From positions 33,852,001 through 33,916,000 of the forward strand of contig OZ024746.1 of NCBI GenBank assembly GCA_964016885.1: a stretch of DNA of 64,000 nucleotides, read 5' to 3'. This stretch comes from Eledone cirrhosa. Lineage: Eukaryota. Within the stretch, counting starts at the first letter, position 1; each line of letters starts with the position of its first letter. This document shows, piece by piece, positions 13,501 through 26,932 of the stretch. A model generated the notes under the pieces. That model made no database searches, was not told the origin of the DNA, and saw only the letters and a program-made list of their open reading frames with translations. Position numbers and translations under genes: made by a program.

Positions 13501-13934
13501 AGGTGCCGTCAGCCGGGCATGTCCGAGATGCGCGCAGGGCGACGAGACCGTCCTGCACGCACTCGTCCAGTGTCCAAAAATTGCTGACTTGTGGGTTTAT
13601 GTCGAACCTGCTGTCGCGTTTAGGACGGATCCGGCTATCATCTGAGTCCATTGTGAGGATTGCTCCGGCCTCCTCCTTTAGCCGGGAAGGGCAGGCAGTT
13701 TTTATCTGTCTGGTGGCCATGGCGAAAGAGATAGTATGGTGGACACGTTTGAAAGGGCTGAAGACGAGCACTTACCTCTTCGGTGATGCTCTGATTGACT
13801 TTTTCAAATTTCATTTGAAAAGGAAAATCAGAGTAGAGAGGGAAGTGCTCTCTTCCCAGCATTTTGTTGAAAGATGGGTGAGAGAAGCAAGAATGGCCCG
13901 AGTGAATGGGCCTACTCTGAGTATATATCTGTAA
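10517..13934 (+). CDS. Tx1-like ORF2: apurinic-like endonuclease + reverse transcriptase + C-terminal CCHC. A 2-nt deletion near 13607 shifts the last ~110 aa
   Basis: APE motifs SINARGL, ISET, VYAP, GDWN, YLDRVF, TDH. RT motifs KSPGLDG, FRPITLLN, DQSKAFDRVDH, RQGCPLS, YADD. C-terminal CPRC..ETVLHALVQC. gaacctg here versus gaacacctg in copy B. Confidence 0.95.
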
Positions 13935-14183
13935 ATTAAAGGTGGAAAACTGGGAGAGGGCACTTGCCTTGGTGGTCAGGGTCATTGTGGCTTTTTACTG
14001 GGCTCTCCACAAATGTCCCTCCGAAGTCTCCCCCCTATTGGGGAATCTTTCATTGTTATTTTTTGTTACATCCTCTGTTTTTGTTTTTTACACGCAGAAA
14101 TGCCCATTTGTACCGTCCTGCATTGTCCTGCACTGTCCTTAATGTCTACTTTATGTAAACCCTTGTGGTTAATAAAGAAATCA

Positions 14184-14214
<31 letters not shown>

Positions 14215-14217
14215 TAT

Positions 14218-15348
14218 TGTTATTCCTTGAATCTCAGTCATTGATGTTGGTTAACTGGAAAGTCCGTTGGATTGAATATCAAGCCACTACCTGCAGCCTC
14301 AGATATTCAGGACGTATCGGAGGGTTCTTGCTGTTCCAAGCAAGCATGCCTTTTGAAGCGTTCCAAAAAGCGTGAAGGGGCCGATTTTCTTTAACCATCC
14401 CTGGAAACTTTTGGAGATAGTCCCCAGTGCGCCTATGACAATCGGGATCACTTTGACTTCATGGCAGTTCCAGATCCTTTTCACCTCCCACTTTAGGTCC
14501 TGGTATCGGTTAATTTTCTCCCTCTCCTTCTCTTGCACTCTCGTGTCGAACGGGCAGGCCACATCCACAATCAGGCACGATCTTTTTTCTTTGTCCACAA
14601 CCACCAGGTCAGGTCTATTGTGTTCCAATTTTTTTTGTGCGTCTGTATCCTAAAATCCCACAGCACCTTCACCTGATTGTTCTCCATCACCGCCTCTGGC
14701 CTATGCTCATACCATTTCTCAGAATGTGGTAGATTGTTTACTTTGCACAGGTGCCAGTGGATCACCCTGCCCATCACATCGTGTCTCCAGCCCTTGTAGT
14801 GGGTCTGGGCTAGGTGTTTACACTCGGACACAATGTGAGCTACAGTCTCCTCTCTCTCTCCACAGATCCTGCACAGTGGGCTAACCTCCTCCTTGTAGAT
14901 ATGGTGCTTCAACCACTTCGTTTTGAGGGCCTGCTCCTGCGCAGCCATTAGCATTCCTTCTGTAGCCTTTTTGAGGTCTCCTCTTCTCAACCAGTTCCAT
15001 GTCTGTGGATCTCTAAATTCAGTTTTCCTAGTCTTCCTATCCATTTCTTTTTGTTCAGCAACATTCCATCTCAGAATTCCCGCACTGTACCTAATAATAG
15101 ACACAGCTCGGGAATTTACTGCGCTTATGGCATTTCTGCTGTTCAGATGTGACTTCAATACGCTCCTTACTCTCCGAATGTATTCAGTTCTTAACAATTC
15201 CTTCATTTTTTTGTTCTTTATGCCATCAGCCTCCATCACTGCTGAAAATACGGACAGTGTCAACAAGCACATCCAACTCCTTCTCACTTTTCCCGAAGAG
15301 CTTAAGGTCGTCCATGAAGAGGAGGTGATTTATGGTAAGCTCTCCCCT
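14218..15348 (-). mobile_element. 5'-truncated, internally deleted R4/Dong-like LINE, tail-to-tail with Tx1 copy A
   Basis: FMDDLKLF, CRICGEREETVAHIVSEC, RHD and RPDLVVVD..VDVACP..EKINRY. The 3' end abuts (AAT)n on its own strand. Confidence 0.92.
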
Positions 15349-15363
15349 TAATAATAATAATAA

Positions 15364-15394
<31 letters not shown>

Positions 15395-15397
15395 TGT

Positions 15398-18300
15398 TTT
15401 TGTTATTCCTTGAATCTCAGTCATTGATGTTGGTTAACTGGAAAGTATGTTGGAATGAATATCAAGCCACTACCTGCAGCCTCAGATATTCAGGACGTAT
15501 CGGAGGGTTCTTGCTGTTCCCAGCAAGCATGTCTTTTGAAGCGTTCCAAAAAGCGTGAAGGGGCCGATTTTCTTTAACCATCCCTGGAAACTTTTGGAGA
15601 GGTCCCCAGTGCGCCTATGACAATCGGGATCACTTTGACTTCATGGCAGTTCCAAATCCTTTTCACCTCCCACATTAGGTTCTGGTATCGGTTAATTTTC
15701 TCCCTCTCCTTCTCTTGCACTCTCGTGTCGAATGGGCAGGCCACGTCCACAATCAGACACGATCTTTTTACTTTGTCCACAACCACCAGGTCAGGTCTAT
15801 TGTGTTTCAGTTTCTTGTCCGTCTGTATCCTAAAATCCCATAGCACCTTCACCTGATCGTTTTCTATCACCGACTCTGGCTTATGCTCATACCACTTCTC
15901 AGAATGTGGTAAATTGTTTAGTTTGCATAGATGCCAGTGGATCACCCTGCCTATCACATGATGTCTCCAGCCTTTATAGTGAGTCTGGGCTTGGTGTTTA
16001 CACTCGGATACAATGTGAGCCACAGTCTCCTCTCTCTCTCCACAGATCCTGCACAGTGGGCTAGCCTCCTCCTTGTAAATATGGTGTTTGAACCACTCCT
16101 CTTGTGGACAACACTCCTCTTGTGGAACATGTTGTAGATAGTCAATAGCTTTCTAATCTTCCTATCAATTTCTTTCTGTTCAGCAACATTCAATCTCAGT
16201 CTTCCCGCACTGTACCTAATAATAGACTCAGCTCGGGAATTTACTGCACTTATGGCATTCCTACTATTCAGATGTGACTTTAATACGCTCCTTACTCGCC
16301 GAATGTATTCAGATCTTATCAATTCCTTCATGTTTTGTTTCTTGATGTCATCAGCCTCCAGAATACCCAAATACTTGTATCCTTCTTCAGTGTCAATTTC
16401 CTTTGTCATCTCATCTGTTGGTACCTGGATTCCGTTGCTTCTGCTCAATTTACCCCCTCTTCATCACAAGGACTCCACACTTACTAATACCAAATTGCAT
16501 ACATATATCATTGCTGATACGGACAGTATCAACAAGCACATCCAACTCCTTCTCACTCTTCCCGAAGAGCTTAAGAGCGTCCATGAAGAAGAGGTGATTG
16601 ATGGTAAGCTCTCCCTGACCCAACTTGTATCCTGCTCTCACTCTTCGTAGTATAATGGTCAGGGACATCAGGGCAATGACAAACAACAGAGGGGACAGAC
16701 TATCACCCTGGAAGATACCCCTATTGATCTTCACGCCTTCCAAGGATTCTCCAGCTGATGTTAACTCTGTTTTTCAGGACTTCATACTTTTGCCCAACAA
16801 CTGTCTGATGTTATATGCCACCTTGAAGATCTCTAGGCTTTTGGTGATCCAAGGATGAAGCACCATGTCAAATGCCTTTTTGTAGTCTATCCATCCCATG
16901 GCAAGACCAGTGTGTCTCCTCTTGCAATTCCCCATTACCATCTTATCAATAAGTAACTGGTCCTTTGTACCACGGGACTTCTTTCGGCATCCTTTATGTT
17001 CGTCCGGTAACAAGTTGTTTGTGTGGAGGTGATGGTAGATTCCCTCAGACATAATGCTTGTCAACAGTTTCCACATTACGGATAGACATGTGATATGTCT
17101 ATAATTGGTAACATCATTACCCTTGATTCGGTCTTTCATTACCAGAACTGTGGTACCTTTTGTCAAACACTCTGGTACCTCACCTGACATCAAGCAGTCA
17201 TTGAACATGGTTGTCCGTTTCGGCTGGAGGGATGTTATATTTTTAATCCAATACCCCTGCACACCATATGGGCCTGGTGATTTCCAGTTGGTTAGTTTTT
17301 TAGCCTGCCCCTTAAGAGTTTCAACTGTGATACTCAAATCAGTTTGTTGGTGTGCCTGTTCACTAATCTCTTTTTGAACTGTCTCAATCCACACTGCCTG
17401 GTCATTATGTTTAACATCCTGCTCCCATATTCCTCTCCAGAATGTCTTAGTTTGTTCCGCCTCAGGGATCAAGTCGTTGCCTCTTTTTATCCCTTCAAGC
17501 TGACCAAACAGCATCTTCTGGTTGTTGTCAAACATGCAGTTCTGTCTATACTGACTGACTCTGCTCTCGTATAGCCTAATCTGTTCACTCTTTGCTACAA
17601 TTCGTTGCTTCAGTTCCTCTATGATAATATTTAGCTTTTTCCTTCTAGTTTTGTACTTTAATTCCAGTCTATTTTTAGTGTCTATATTTTTTAGTGTCCC
17701 ATTCAGTAGCGACTCAAGCTTTACAATGTCATTTCTCATTTCCCTGACTTGACCATTCAGTCGTTTCTTCCACCAAGGTTCTGATCTTTCTTGTTTGTTG
17801 TTTCCTTTCGCTTTTATGCCAAGTAATTTCCTCACCGCATTTGCTGTTGCTTTGAGGATAATGTTGCAATGGTGAGTGGCTCCTCACCTCAAGGTATGGG
17901 ATAACTTTGTTTACCTTAGCTGTAGTTTCTTTTAACTTTTTCCTGTATACAAATCTTAGGTTCATAGGTTTCCCACTATAATTGTTCAATTGATCTACCA
18001 CTAAGTTTAGGATATCAACCAAATCTTGTCCTAGCCCGTCAGCATTAATCTCCTCAATGGCGGTATCTTTGTTCCAGGTATTATTTATTTCAGCATTCAG
18101 ATCATTGTCTGCTTCGGATGGTTCCTCCGTTCTCTCAACTTATTCACCTTCATTTCCCACTGTCTCGTTTGCCTGGCATACTCCACTCTCCATTTCCAAC
18201 CTAATCCCTCTGCTCAGTTCCTCTAGTTCCAGCTCGCTAAGCACCCATTAGTTCTTATTACCCGAGCCTGCCCGGCTAATTTTTGTTCATCTAATTTAAA

Positions 18301-19137
18301 TAGACCAATCTCGTTCCAGATGTTATGCATCCGTTTCCAATAGTCTTTCTCCTTGGGGTTACTCTTCAGGTAACATTGCATAACAGTTCTATTCAATTAT
18401 TTCGTCCCGTTGGTTCTGGTCCCTTTCCTTCTTCTTCTTCCTCCGACACCAGCAGTATTTGGTTGACAGCTAGGACCCCGCTGCTGAGCCTGAGAGCACC
18501 TGTTGGGTGAGAGTCTGTCACATGACATTCCAGTCTCCACTTCACCGTTATTCGAACTGTTTAGGTTCGACATTTAATCACTCTTATCGAGGATTGGTGA
18601 AGGTATGGTTACATAACCACCGGTGATTTTATTGTGGCAGTATCACGGTGTAGACGAACATAAATAAACAAACAAAGAAATAGGTAAAAAAAAAAAACCC
18701 AAAAGAATAAGCATAATTTCCATTTTAATGTAATGTTTGAATGTCTGACTTACTTTTTTTTTTTTTACCTCCTTCTCTGTCTGTCCGTTTGTTTTTCTTT
18801 TCACTTTTCTTTTCTTTACGTTTTTCGTTGTTGCTGAGCTGTTTTGATTTTGATTTTTGGTTTTTTGATTTTTTGACCGAGTCATCATATCAGTCTATTT
18901 ATATCTTTTGATGCCTTCCTCTTTTAGTGGGGTTACTACGATGCATGTCTTAGGAGGAGGTAGTCGGAGAGAATAGCGGCGGTAGCGATAATGAGTTAGT
19001 GGTGGTGGTGGTGGTGGTGCTGTGCTAGTAGTACTTAGCAGGAGTTAGTGGGAGAGAATAGCGGCGTTAGCGATAATGAGGCAGTGGTGGAGGTGATGTG
19101 ATCGTAGTACTGTAGTGATGATGGTGTTGAAGTTGAA
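15398..19137 (-). mobile_element. Near full-length but disrupted R4/Dong-like LINE (putative ATG at 18573)
   Basis: N-terminal VMQCY.KSNP..KRMHNIW..EQKLAGQARVIR, RT (KSPGP, DYKKAFDMV, GIFQGDSLSP) and RLE. Multiple stops and frameshifts. 5' limit assumed at the (ATT)n 19138-19167. Confidence 0.88.
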
Positions 19138-19496
19138 ATTATTATTATTATTATTATTATTATTATTGGCGACCTACGTAGTAAATCGTATCATCGTGAG
19201 CTCCGCAAATGTTTGTTATTTTCAGTTGTTGAAAATTGCCATTCATGGAAAATGTTATTGTTAACTTTATATAAGGGCTCATACATTGTTATCTGAAAAG
19301 GACACCAAAAAAGATTGGAGCCTTGATCACAAAATTTAAACTTTTATAATTATCAAACAAAAATATTTCTTTGAAACATCATGGCTGACTCAGAGTCACT
19401 CCTCTCTCACAAAATAACACCTCACACGACACCACCATTGTAAACATTACTACGTTTGCCAACACTAAAAATATAAGCAGTAGCAATATTTTAAAT

Positions 19497-20845
19497 TTGT
19501 CTCAGGCATATATTCATTTCCCGCCATTACCAATTAGTGCAGGTGTTAAAATCGCCACCACCACCACCACCGCAACAACCCCCACCCTCACCACCACCGC
19601 GACAATAGAAACAAAAGAAAAAAATAAATTAACTCGTGATATCGAAATTAAATCAACCAAAATGAACTCTTCCACACCGAACACCACTGATGCCACCACC
19701 ACCACCACAACTGAAAATAAAATTAATAATAACAAAAATAACGATAACAACAACAGCAACAATGAAACTAAGAAAACCACTCTGAGTTTTGCCAGAGTAG
19801 CAAAACAGTGCGAACCATTTCAGGTAACACAGGAGGGATTAGAAGAAGCCAAACAAATAGTAAAGAAAGATGGGTACAGGGTCAGCTTCACCCCCCCCCC
19901 CCCAACTAGTAAAATGGAGCATCGGCGCCTATGCACCGTGTCTTATCGAACAAATAATATAAAATCGCGCCGAGTGGAACGGGCATCCGAGTCCCAAATC
20001 CAAAAAGCTTTGGGACATGTGTGGGCAAAAAAAACCACATCAGACGCGGGCAGAAATATGGAAGAGTGGACGTGTTCTTTGAAACACCACAGGAGGCTAG
20101 AGAACACTCCATGGTCCCATTAAGGAGTGACGACTTCACACTCGTTCCAAGCTATTGTAGCCAGAGACTCGTAAAGGTCAGGGTGACCCACGTTCCACCG
20201 GCCATCGAAATTCCCTGGCTAATAGCTACCGTCCTCGCTGGCACCGAAGCCAACACCAAGATAATCGAAATAGCGAAAGAAAAGCAGGAGAACTGGTCCA
20301 GATCGGGGATGGAGCTCCTGATCCAAGCGGACCAAAAAAGCATTGAGGAGATCCCAGAGGTAATAGACCTCACTGACGGCAGCCACCTCACCGTAATCGT
20401 CGAGGGTAGAAGGCCTAGGTGTGTCGTTTGTGGTGAAATAACCCACCTAAGGGCTTTCTGCCCTCAGGCTAAAAGTTTGAGGCCACCTCTCCTACCCACC
20501 CCAGACAACCCACAACAAACGCAAACAAAACAAAACAAGCAAAACGATACACACTACACAGCATTACAGTTGAACAACAACGAATTATTACACTACATGC
20601 AACGCAACAGCAGCATCACAGAAAAAGACTACACAACAACCCAAAAGTTCACACCACCTCCACACATACAAATCACTCGCATCACACAGAAAACGTACAC
20701 GACACTAAAACAAAAATTCCCCAAAGTCATCGGAGACATCCGACAAACACTCTCCAGGAGGATTTATAAGGACATCCTTCCGGAGGAGGCCACTAGCAGT
20801 GAAAAGGATGGACAAACCATCCTTCCTCTACGAGAAGTAAGGTAA
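19497..20845 (+). pseudogene. Tx1-like ORF1 of copy B, frameshift at an A8 run (20027-20034). Start codon uncertain
   Basis: CVVCGEITHLRAFC knuckle. SFA..AK, CTV.YRT..KSRRVERA.E.QIQKALG and LVPSYC are shared with copy A. Confidence 0.8.
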
Positions 20846-20879
20846 GTGGTCTTTGCCAACTTTTCCACTCCATTTCAAC

Positions 20880-23800
20880 ATGACCTCACTCAGAATAGGC
20901 AGCATAAATGCGCGTGGCTTGGGGTCGTCATGGAAGCAGGGTCACCTGCTCAATGACCTCAGGTCACTAAACATAGATGTAGTGGCCATCAGCGAGACCA
21001 GAATATCCGAAGCACGGGCCTTAGCACCGATCTTCGGCGGCTACGATGTATACGCATCTCCCAGCCGTCCTGGATCGGGGGGAAGAGTTGCTGTGCTTTT
21101 TCGGAGAGGTTTGGATCTCGCCATACGGTTCATCTTCCTGGACCCAGAGGGCAAGTTGGTGGTGCTGGACGTGACCAGCGGAGACGGGCAAGCTTTCAGG
21201 CTAGTGGCCGTCTATGCCCCAACAGGAGCAGGGCGGCCTGATTTCTTCCGGCGTCTGGAGACCTTTCTTGGAACGTCCCGCTCTTTAGTGTTAGTGGGCG
21301 ACTGGAACGGGATCTCAGATGCGCGCTGGGACTGTGTGGGATTAGCGGATAGGGGTGGCGGGTGCAAGTGCCTCACCAACCTGCTCAGGCGTTTTGAACT
21401 GTCTGACAGGTACCGATTGGATTTCTCGAATGTGCCAATGTGGATTGGACAAATCGCATAGGGTCATCCAGATCATATCTAGATAGAGTATTTTGTAGGG
21501 AAATAGATATGTCTAGCATAGGCTGTCCACAATTGAAGATAGTCAGCTACACGGACCACAAATTCGTGATCTGTGTGCTTGACTTAGATAGGCTTCATAG
21601 ACGAGGACCCGGCTACTGGAAGGTAAACCGTCCTTACCAGCGCGCAAGGCCTACAGAGACCGGATTAGCGAACTAGTTAAGCGGGTGTTGACGGGGGCCA
21701 TCGTCAACAACAAATGTGGTTTGCTCTGAAAAGAGCGATTAGAATAGAATCCATTAGGTTTAGTAAGGCTTTAGCAATAGACAAAAATAGAGCAGAGGGA
21801 GAATTAGTTAGAAAATTAGACGAGGCGCTTAGCAAAGACAGTGCGACCGACGTGCTTGCGGCGAAATTGGCCCTTGATCAATTCTTCAATGCAAAGTACG
21901 AAGGCTGCGTTGTCAGAGCTAGGGTGCGTGCTCTCAGACACGAGGAGACGAAAGCTGTTCAATGGGCCCGAGTGGCGGAGGCGCGTCGTGGCAACAAAGC
22001 CACGATGATCCGGTCTTTGGTGGACCACGACGGGCGCATGCTACTCGATCCCGGGCAAATGTGTGAAGCTTTTCAGCGACACTTCGCTCAGCTCTTCGGG
22101 GGCAGCGGTGGGCCGGGTCGAGGGATGGACTTTAGTGTCTACCTCGACGGACTGCCGCGGCTCTCGGCCACTGAAGCGGAGTGTTGCTAAAAGCCGATAA
22201 CAGCCGCTGAAGTAAGGGAGGCAATGACTGTCTGCACAAGGGCTAAATCGCCTGGTTTGGATGGTCCGCCCTATGAACTTTACGTACAGATGTCAGACTT
22301 GTCAGGAGGCCTCTTGGCGGACGTCTACTGCAACTGGCAACAGAACGGGACAATTCCCAGTTCTGTGAGCCAAGGAGCGGTGGCACTGCTGAGAAAGGAT
22401 CCGAAAAAGGGGGATAATATAGATAAACTCTGCTAAACACAGAGTTCAAGATTTTGGCCAAAGTGCTAGCAAAGAGGTTGGCGCTTGTCGTTGGTGGTCT
22501 GGTGGGAGAAGCGCAGACATGTGCCATTCCCGACAGATCCATCCACGACAACCTCCACCTCATGCGATACATCGTAGAGTGGCTAGCTAGGGGACCTGGC
22601 ACGGGAGGGTCCTTGATCAATTTAGATCAGTCAAAAGCTTTCGCTTGGGTCGACCATCGTTACCTAGCGGCACTCCTGAGTGCGCTGGCTTTGGGCCCGT
22701 CTTCAGAGGCTGGATCGCTGCCATGCACAGCGACATCTGCTCTGTAGTGAGAGTGAACGGTCACCTTTCGGAACCGGTCAACATCATGCGCTAGGTCCGC
22801 CAAGGATGTCCCCTCTCGTCCCTCTTGTACGTATTGACTCTCGAGCCATTACTGCACAAACTGGAGACGTTGAGGGGGGTCCCGCGCGAACTAGGATGCG
22901 GAAGATCCGTGTCAGCATATGCCGACGGTGTCACCGTAGTGGTGTCGAACGCCAAACACATCGAGGCGATCGGCACTACACTAAGAGAATACGAAGCGGT
23001 GACAGGAGCAATAATCAACCAGGAAACGTCAGTGGGCCTGCAGCCCGGCACCTGGAGAGGCAGGGCCATGCCGTCCAACAGCGTCGTCGGGCGCTGGACG
23101 GACGGACCGCTTAAATTGCTAGGGGTCTGGTTCGGTCCAGACCTCCAGACGGACAAAAACTGGGACGAGGTGACGAGCAGGGTGGCTTCTCTCACCCAGA
23201 AATGGGCCGAGAGGAAGCTATCCCTGAAAGGACGAGCGGAGGTGGCGAATGCGTACATCGCATACGTCATCTACTACCGTCTGACCGTCGTACCTTGTCC
23301 TAAGCCCCGCCTGACTGCGCTGGAGCGTTTGCTCTTTCGCTTCTTGTGGAAGGGACGCGCTCCGATGGTCAGGCGGTCCATATGCTGTCAACACCTGCTA
23401 CGTGGAGGGCTGGGCATGCCGTGGCTGATGATGCGCAGACACGCGCTCAGGCTACGACATCTCCACCTCTTCCTCGACGGTGATCAGGTGTGGTCGCCGT
23501 TTGCTAGACACGTTTTTCTTAGCTCGTCTCCTTGACGGAGCTGCAGTCCTGGGTCAAGCGAAGACCGAGAGGGAGCGCTTGGAGACTGGAATGTCTTCAG
23601 GCGCTCACAGCCCTCGACCAATCGGGCAATGTGATCGGTGGAAACTCCACCTTGGCCTTCTATAGGGGATTAGTGGAGGGGAAGAGCGACGACGTACTTG
23701 GAGAAACTCTAGGCGTCGACCTAAATCAACTAGCCAATCTCTTCGGAAGTACTTTCGGGCCGGGGCCTATGGACAACTTCCAGAAATCCCTGGCCTGGCA

Positions 23801-24284
23801 GTGCTACCGGGGAGCATTGCCAGTTCGGGATAAACTCTACAGGCATGGAGGTGCCGTCAGCCGGGCATGTCCGAGATGCGCGCAGGGCGACGAAACCGTC
23901 CTGCACGCACTCGTCCAGTGTCCGAGCATTGCTGACTTGTGGGTTTATGTCGAACACCTGCTGTCACGTGTAGGACGGATCCAGCTATCAGCTGAGTCCA
24001 TCGTGAGGATTGCTCCGCCCCCTTCCTTTAGCCGGGAAGGGCAGGCAGTTTTTATCTGTCTGGTGGCCATGGCGAAAGAGATAGTATGGTGGACACGTTT
24101 GAAAGGGCTGAATACGAGCACTTACCCCTTCGGTGATGCCCTGATTAACTTTTTCAAATTTCCTTTGAAAAGGAAAATCAGGGTAGAGAGGGAAATGCTC
24201 TCTTCCCACCATTTTGTTGAAAGATGGGTAAGAGAAGCAAGTATGGCCCGAATGAATGGGCCTTCTCTGAGTATGTGTCTGTAA
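20880..24284 (+). pseudogene. Tx1-like ORF2 of copy B with several frameshifts and stops (YADD changed to YADG)
   Basis: Near-identical to 10517-13934 but split into at least 7 ORF pieces. Confidence 0.93.
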
Positions 24285-24774
24285 ATTAAGGGTGGAAAAC
24301 TGGGAAAGGGCACTTGCCCTGGTGGTCAGTGTCAATGTGGTCTTTTAATGGGCTTTCTCCACAAATCTCCCTCGGAAATCTCCCCCCCTATTGAGGAATT
24401 TTTCTTTGTTATTTTATTTCATCCTCTGTCTTTTACACGCAGAAATGCCCATTTGTACCGTCCTGTATTGTCCTGTACTTAATGTCTACTTTATGTAAAC
24501 CCTTGTGGTTAATAAAGAAAACATTATTATTATTATTATTATTAGTAGTAGTAGTAGTAGTAGTGTTAGTAGTAGTAGTGGTTGTAGCAGCAGAATGTTT
24601 CCTTATCTCACGCCTACACGAATATATCATCATTGTCATCGTCTGCTTCGTTGAAAACATCATTATTATCTTCTTTAATATCGTATAATTATAACATAAA
24701 TACATATCGTTATCATCATTTTATATTTTTATATGTTCATTGTTAAATTAGTCTTGCCATTATGCACTTTTACT

Positions 24775-24868
24775 CGACCTTATTGTAAACCCCCACTATC
24801 CCTGTCTTTGTATTGTCCCCTACATGTCGGCCGTTGTGGCTAATAAATGAAATCATTATCATCATTAT
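24775..24868 (+). mobile_element. Short 3' tail of another Tx1-like copy
   Basis: tattgtaaacccccactatccctgtctttgtattgtcccct...aataaatgaaatcattatc resembles 4501-4590. Confidence 0.6.
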
Positions 24869-24962
24869 TAACTTTGCCTTTCATCCTTACGGGGTCGATA
24901 AAATAAAATACCAGTAATACACTGGTTAAGTGATGGCCTTGTGCCAAAATAGAAACAATTAT
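24869..24962 (+). mobile_element. 3' part of an octopod-type SINE
   Basis: actttgcctttcatccttacggggtcgataaaataaaataccagt...ggccttgtgccaaaatagaaacaatt. Same family as 29485, 46727, 46905 and 63335. Confidence 0.8.
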
Positions 24963-25409
24963 CATCATTATTTCCACTATTAACCTCGTCCGACACATCC
25001 TATCACATCCTTGATTGTTTCATCGCCCTAATATACATCAAGCTTTCCGACAATATTCTTCCCCTCCGTCTCTTTCTCAACATCACAACTGTCGCCATGT
25101 CATCATCACCATCTTTATCCCCCCCTTTCTCACCATCGCTATTACAATACACGGTAGAACAAACATTTCTCAGATAATATTACACCAATAACACAACCGC
25201 TACTCCAACTCTGGTACCTCAACCACGCTACAGTTATCCACTAACACGCTAACAACACCAACTCGCTAACAAAACATGAATTTAATTGCCATCGTTATCG
25301 TTGTCATCTTCATGTCTTTTCCATAATTGATATCATTATGTAAGCTCTCCGATAAGCTGTTATTAATACAGCAACTCTTATACATACGTTCACAGTCACA
25401 CGCATATAC

Positions 25410-25775
<366 letters not shown>

Positions 25776-26932
25776 CGACTGACACACTATTAGAGATAAG
25801 AATGTTATAACTATGTGTGTCATCTCATCTCAATAGTGAATGCATGTGTGTGTTTGCAATAGACACCGCTATGTTTCTGTATACATACATACATACATAC
25901 AGCGTTAAATTAAGTTGTATGTTCTCTTGATTGTCTATGTCTGCGAGATATTTCATGGAGCAACGCAGACTGGCATATGTGTAAATGTATGTATGTATGG
26001 AATAAACATTATATATATATATATATATATATATTTATTAAAATAACAGATTAAAGTTTAAGCAAAGAATGGTGACGATGGTCTTTTGACCATGACTAAG
26101 TGCGGACCTCGTGCTTGCGACAGGTTCAGATGAGAACTCACAGCCTTCTTTAAAGGTTTCAACCTCTCTATACAGGTTGAGGCCAACCTCTCGGTCGTTA
26201 ATTACCTCGACGTTACCTTCAATTTATTGAATGGGTTGTATTACCCGTATAGAAAGCCGAATGATACGCTTAATTACATAAGTAAGCATTCCAACCATCC
26301 TGCCAGCATAACCAAGAACCTGGTAAGAAACGTTTCATTGACGCTTTCCCGTATTTCCACCAACGAGCGCATTTTCAACGATCATTCCACTTATTACAAT
26401 GAAGCTCTTGCACGAACTGGATTTGTCGATAAGGTAGCATATACAGAGTACGAAAATAGACCTAGAAGAAATAGATCCCGTCGCATTTGTTGGTATAACC
26501 CACTATATAATATGGAGGTGGCCACACCATTAGCTAAGATCTCTCTTTCCCTTATTACGAAGCATTTTCCCCCTACACATAAATATAGTAAAATTTTTAA
26601 TAGAAATACTATTAACATTTTTTACTCTACGACTCCCAACCTTGCACATAACATCACAGCTTCAAATTTAGCTAAACTACCTAGCCGTAGGAACACGTGC
26701 AACCCTGTAGTTAGTACTAACTGGAATTGTAGGAATCGGGTTGATTGCCCCCTATCCGGGAAATGCCTCTCTAGTATCATTGTCTACAAATGTAAGGTTG
26801 TAACACCCACGTCCCGTAGGGCCTACATAGGGTTAACCGCCAATAGATTCAAGCAGCGTCTTTACATGCATACCCATTCCTTTCGTTACCCTCTAAGAAG
26901 GAATATGACGTCATTTTCAGCTTATATCTGGA

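Larger units (their letters stand above)
8175..14182 (+). mobile_element. Full-length Tx1/L1-clade non-LTR retrotransposon, copy A
   Basis: ORF1 + ORF2 (APE-RT-CCHC) and a 3'UTR with AATAAA. (ATT)n lies immediately 5' and 3'. Confidence 0.95.
19168..24521 (+). mobile_element. Full-length Tx1/L1-clade LINE, copy B (ORF2 disrupted)
   Basis: Same layout as copy A. Starts right after (ATT)n and ends AATAAAGAAA + (ATT)(AGT)n. Confidence 0.93.

Noticed and set aside
13600-13615. Programmed frameshift near the ORF2 C-terminus
   Set aside because: Copy B is continuous here (gaacacctg), so copy A simply has a 2-nt deletion
10567-13985. Antisense and alternate-frame ORFs over Tx1 ORF2
   Set aside because: Shadow ORFs of GC-richer coding DNA with no recognisable motifs
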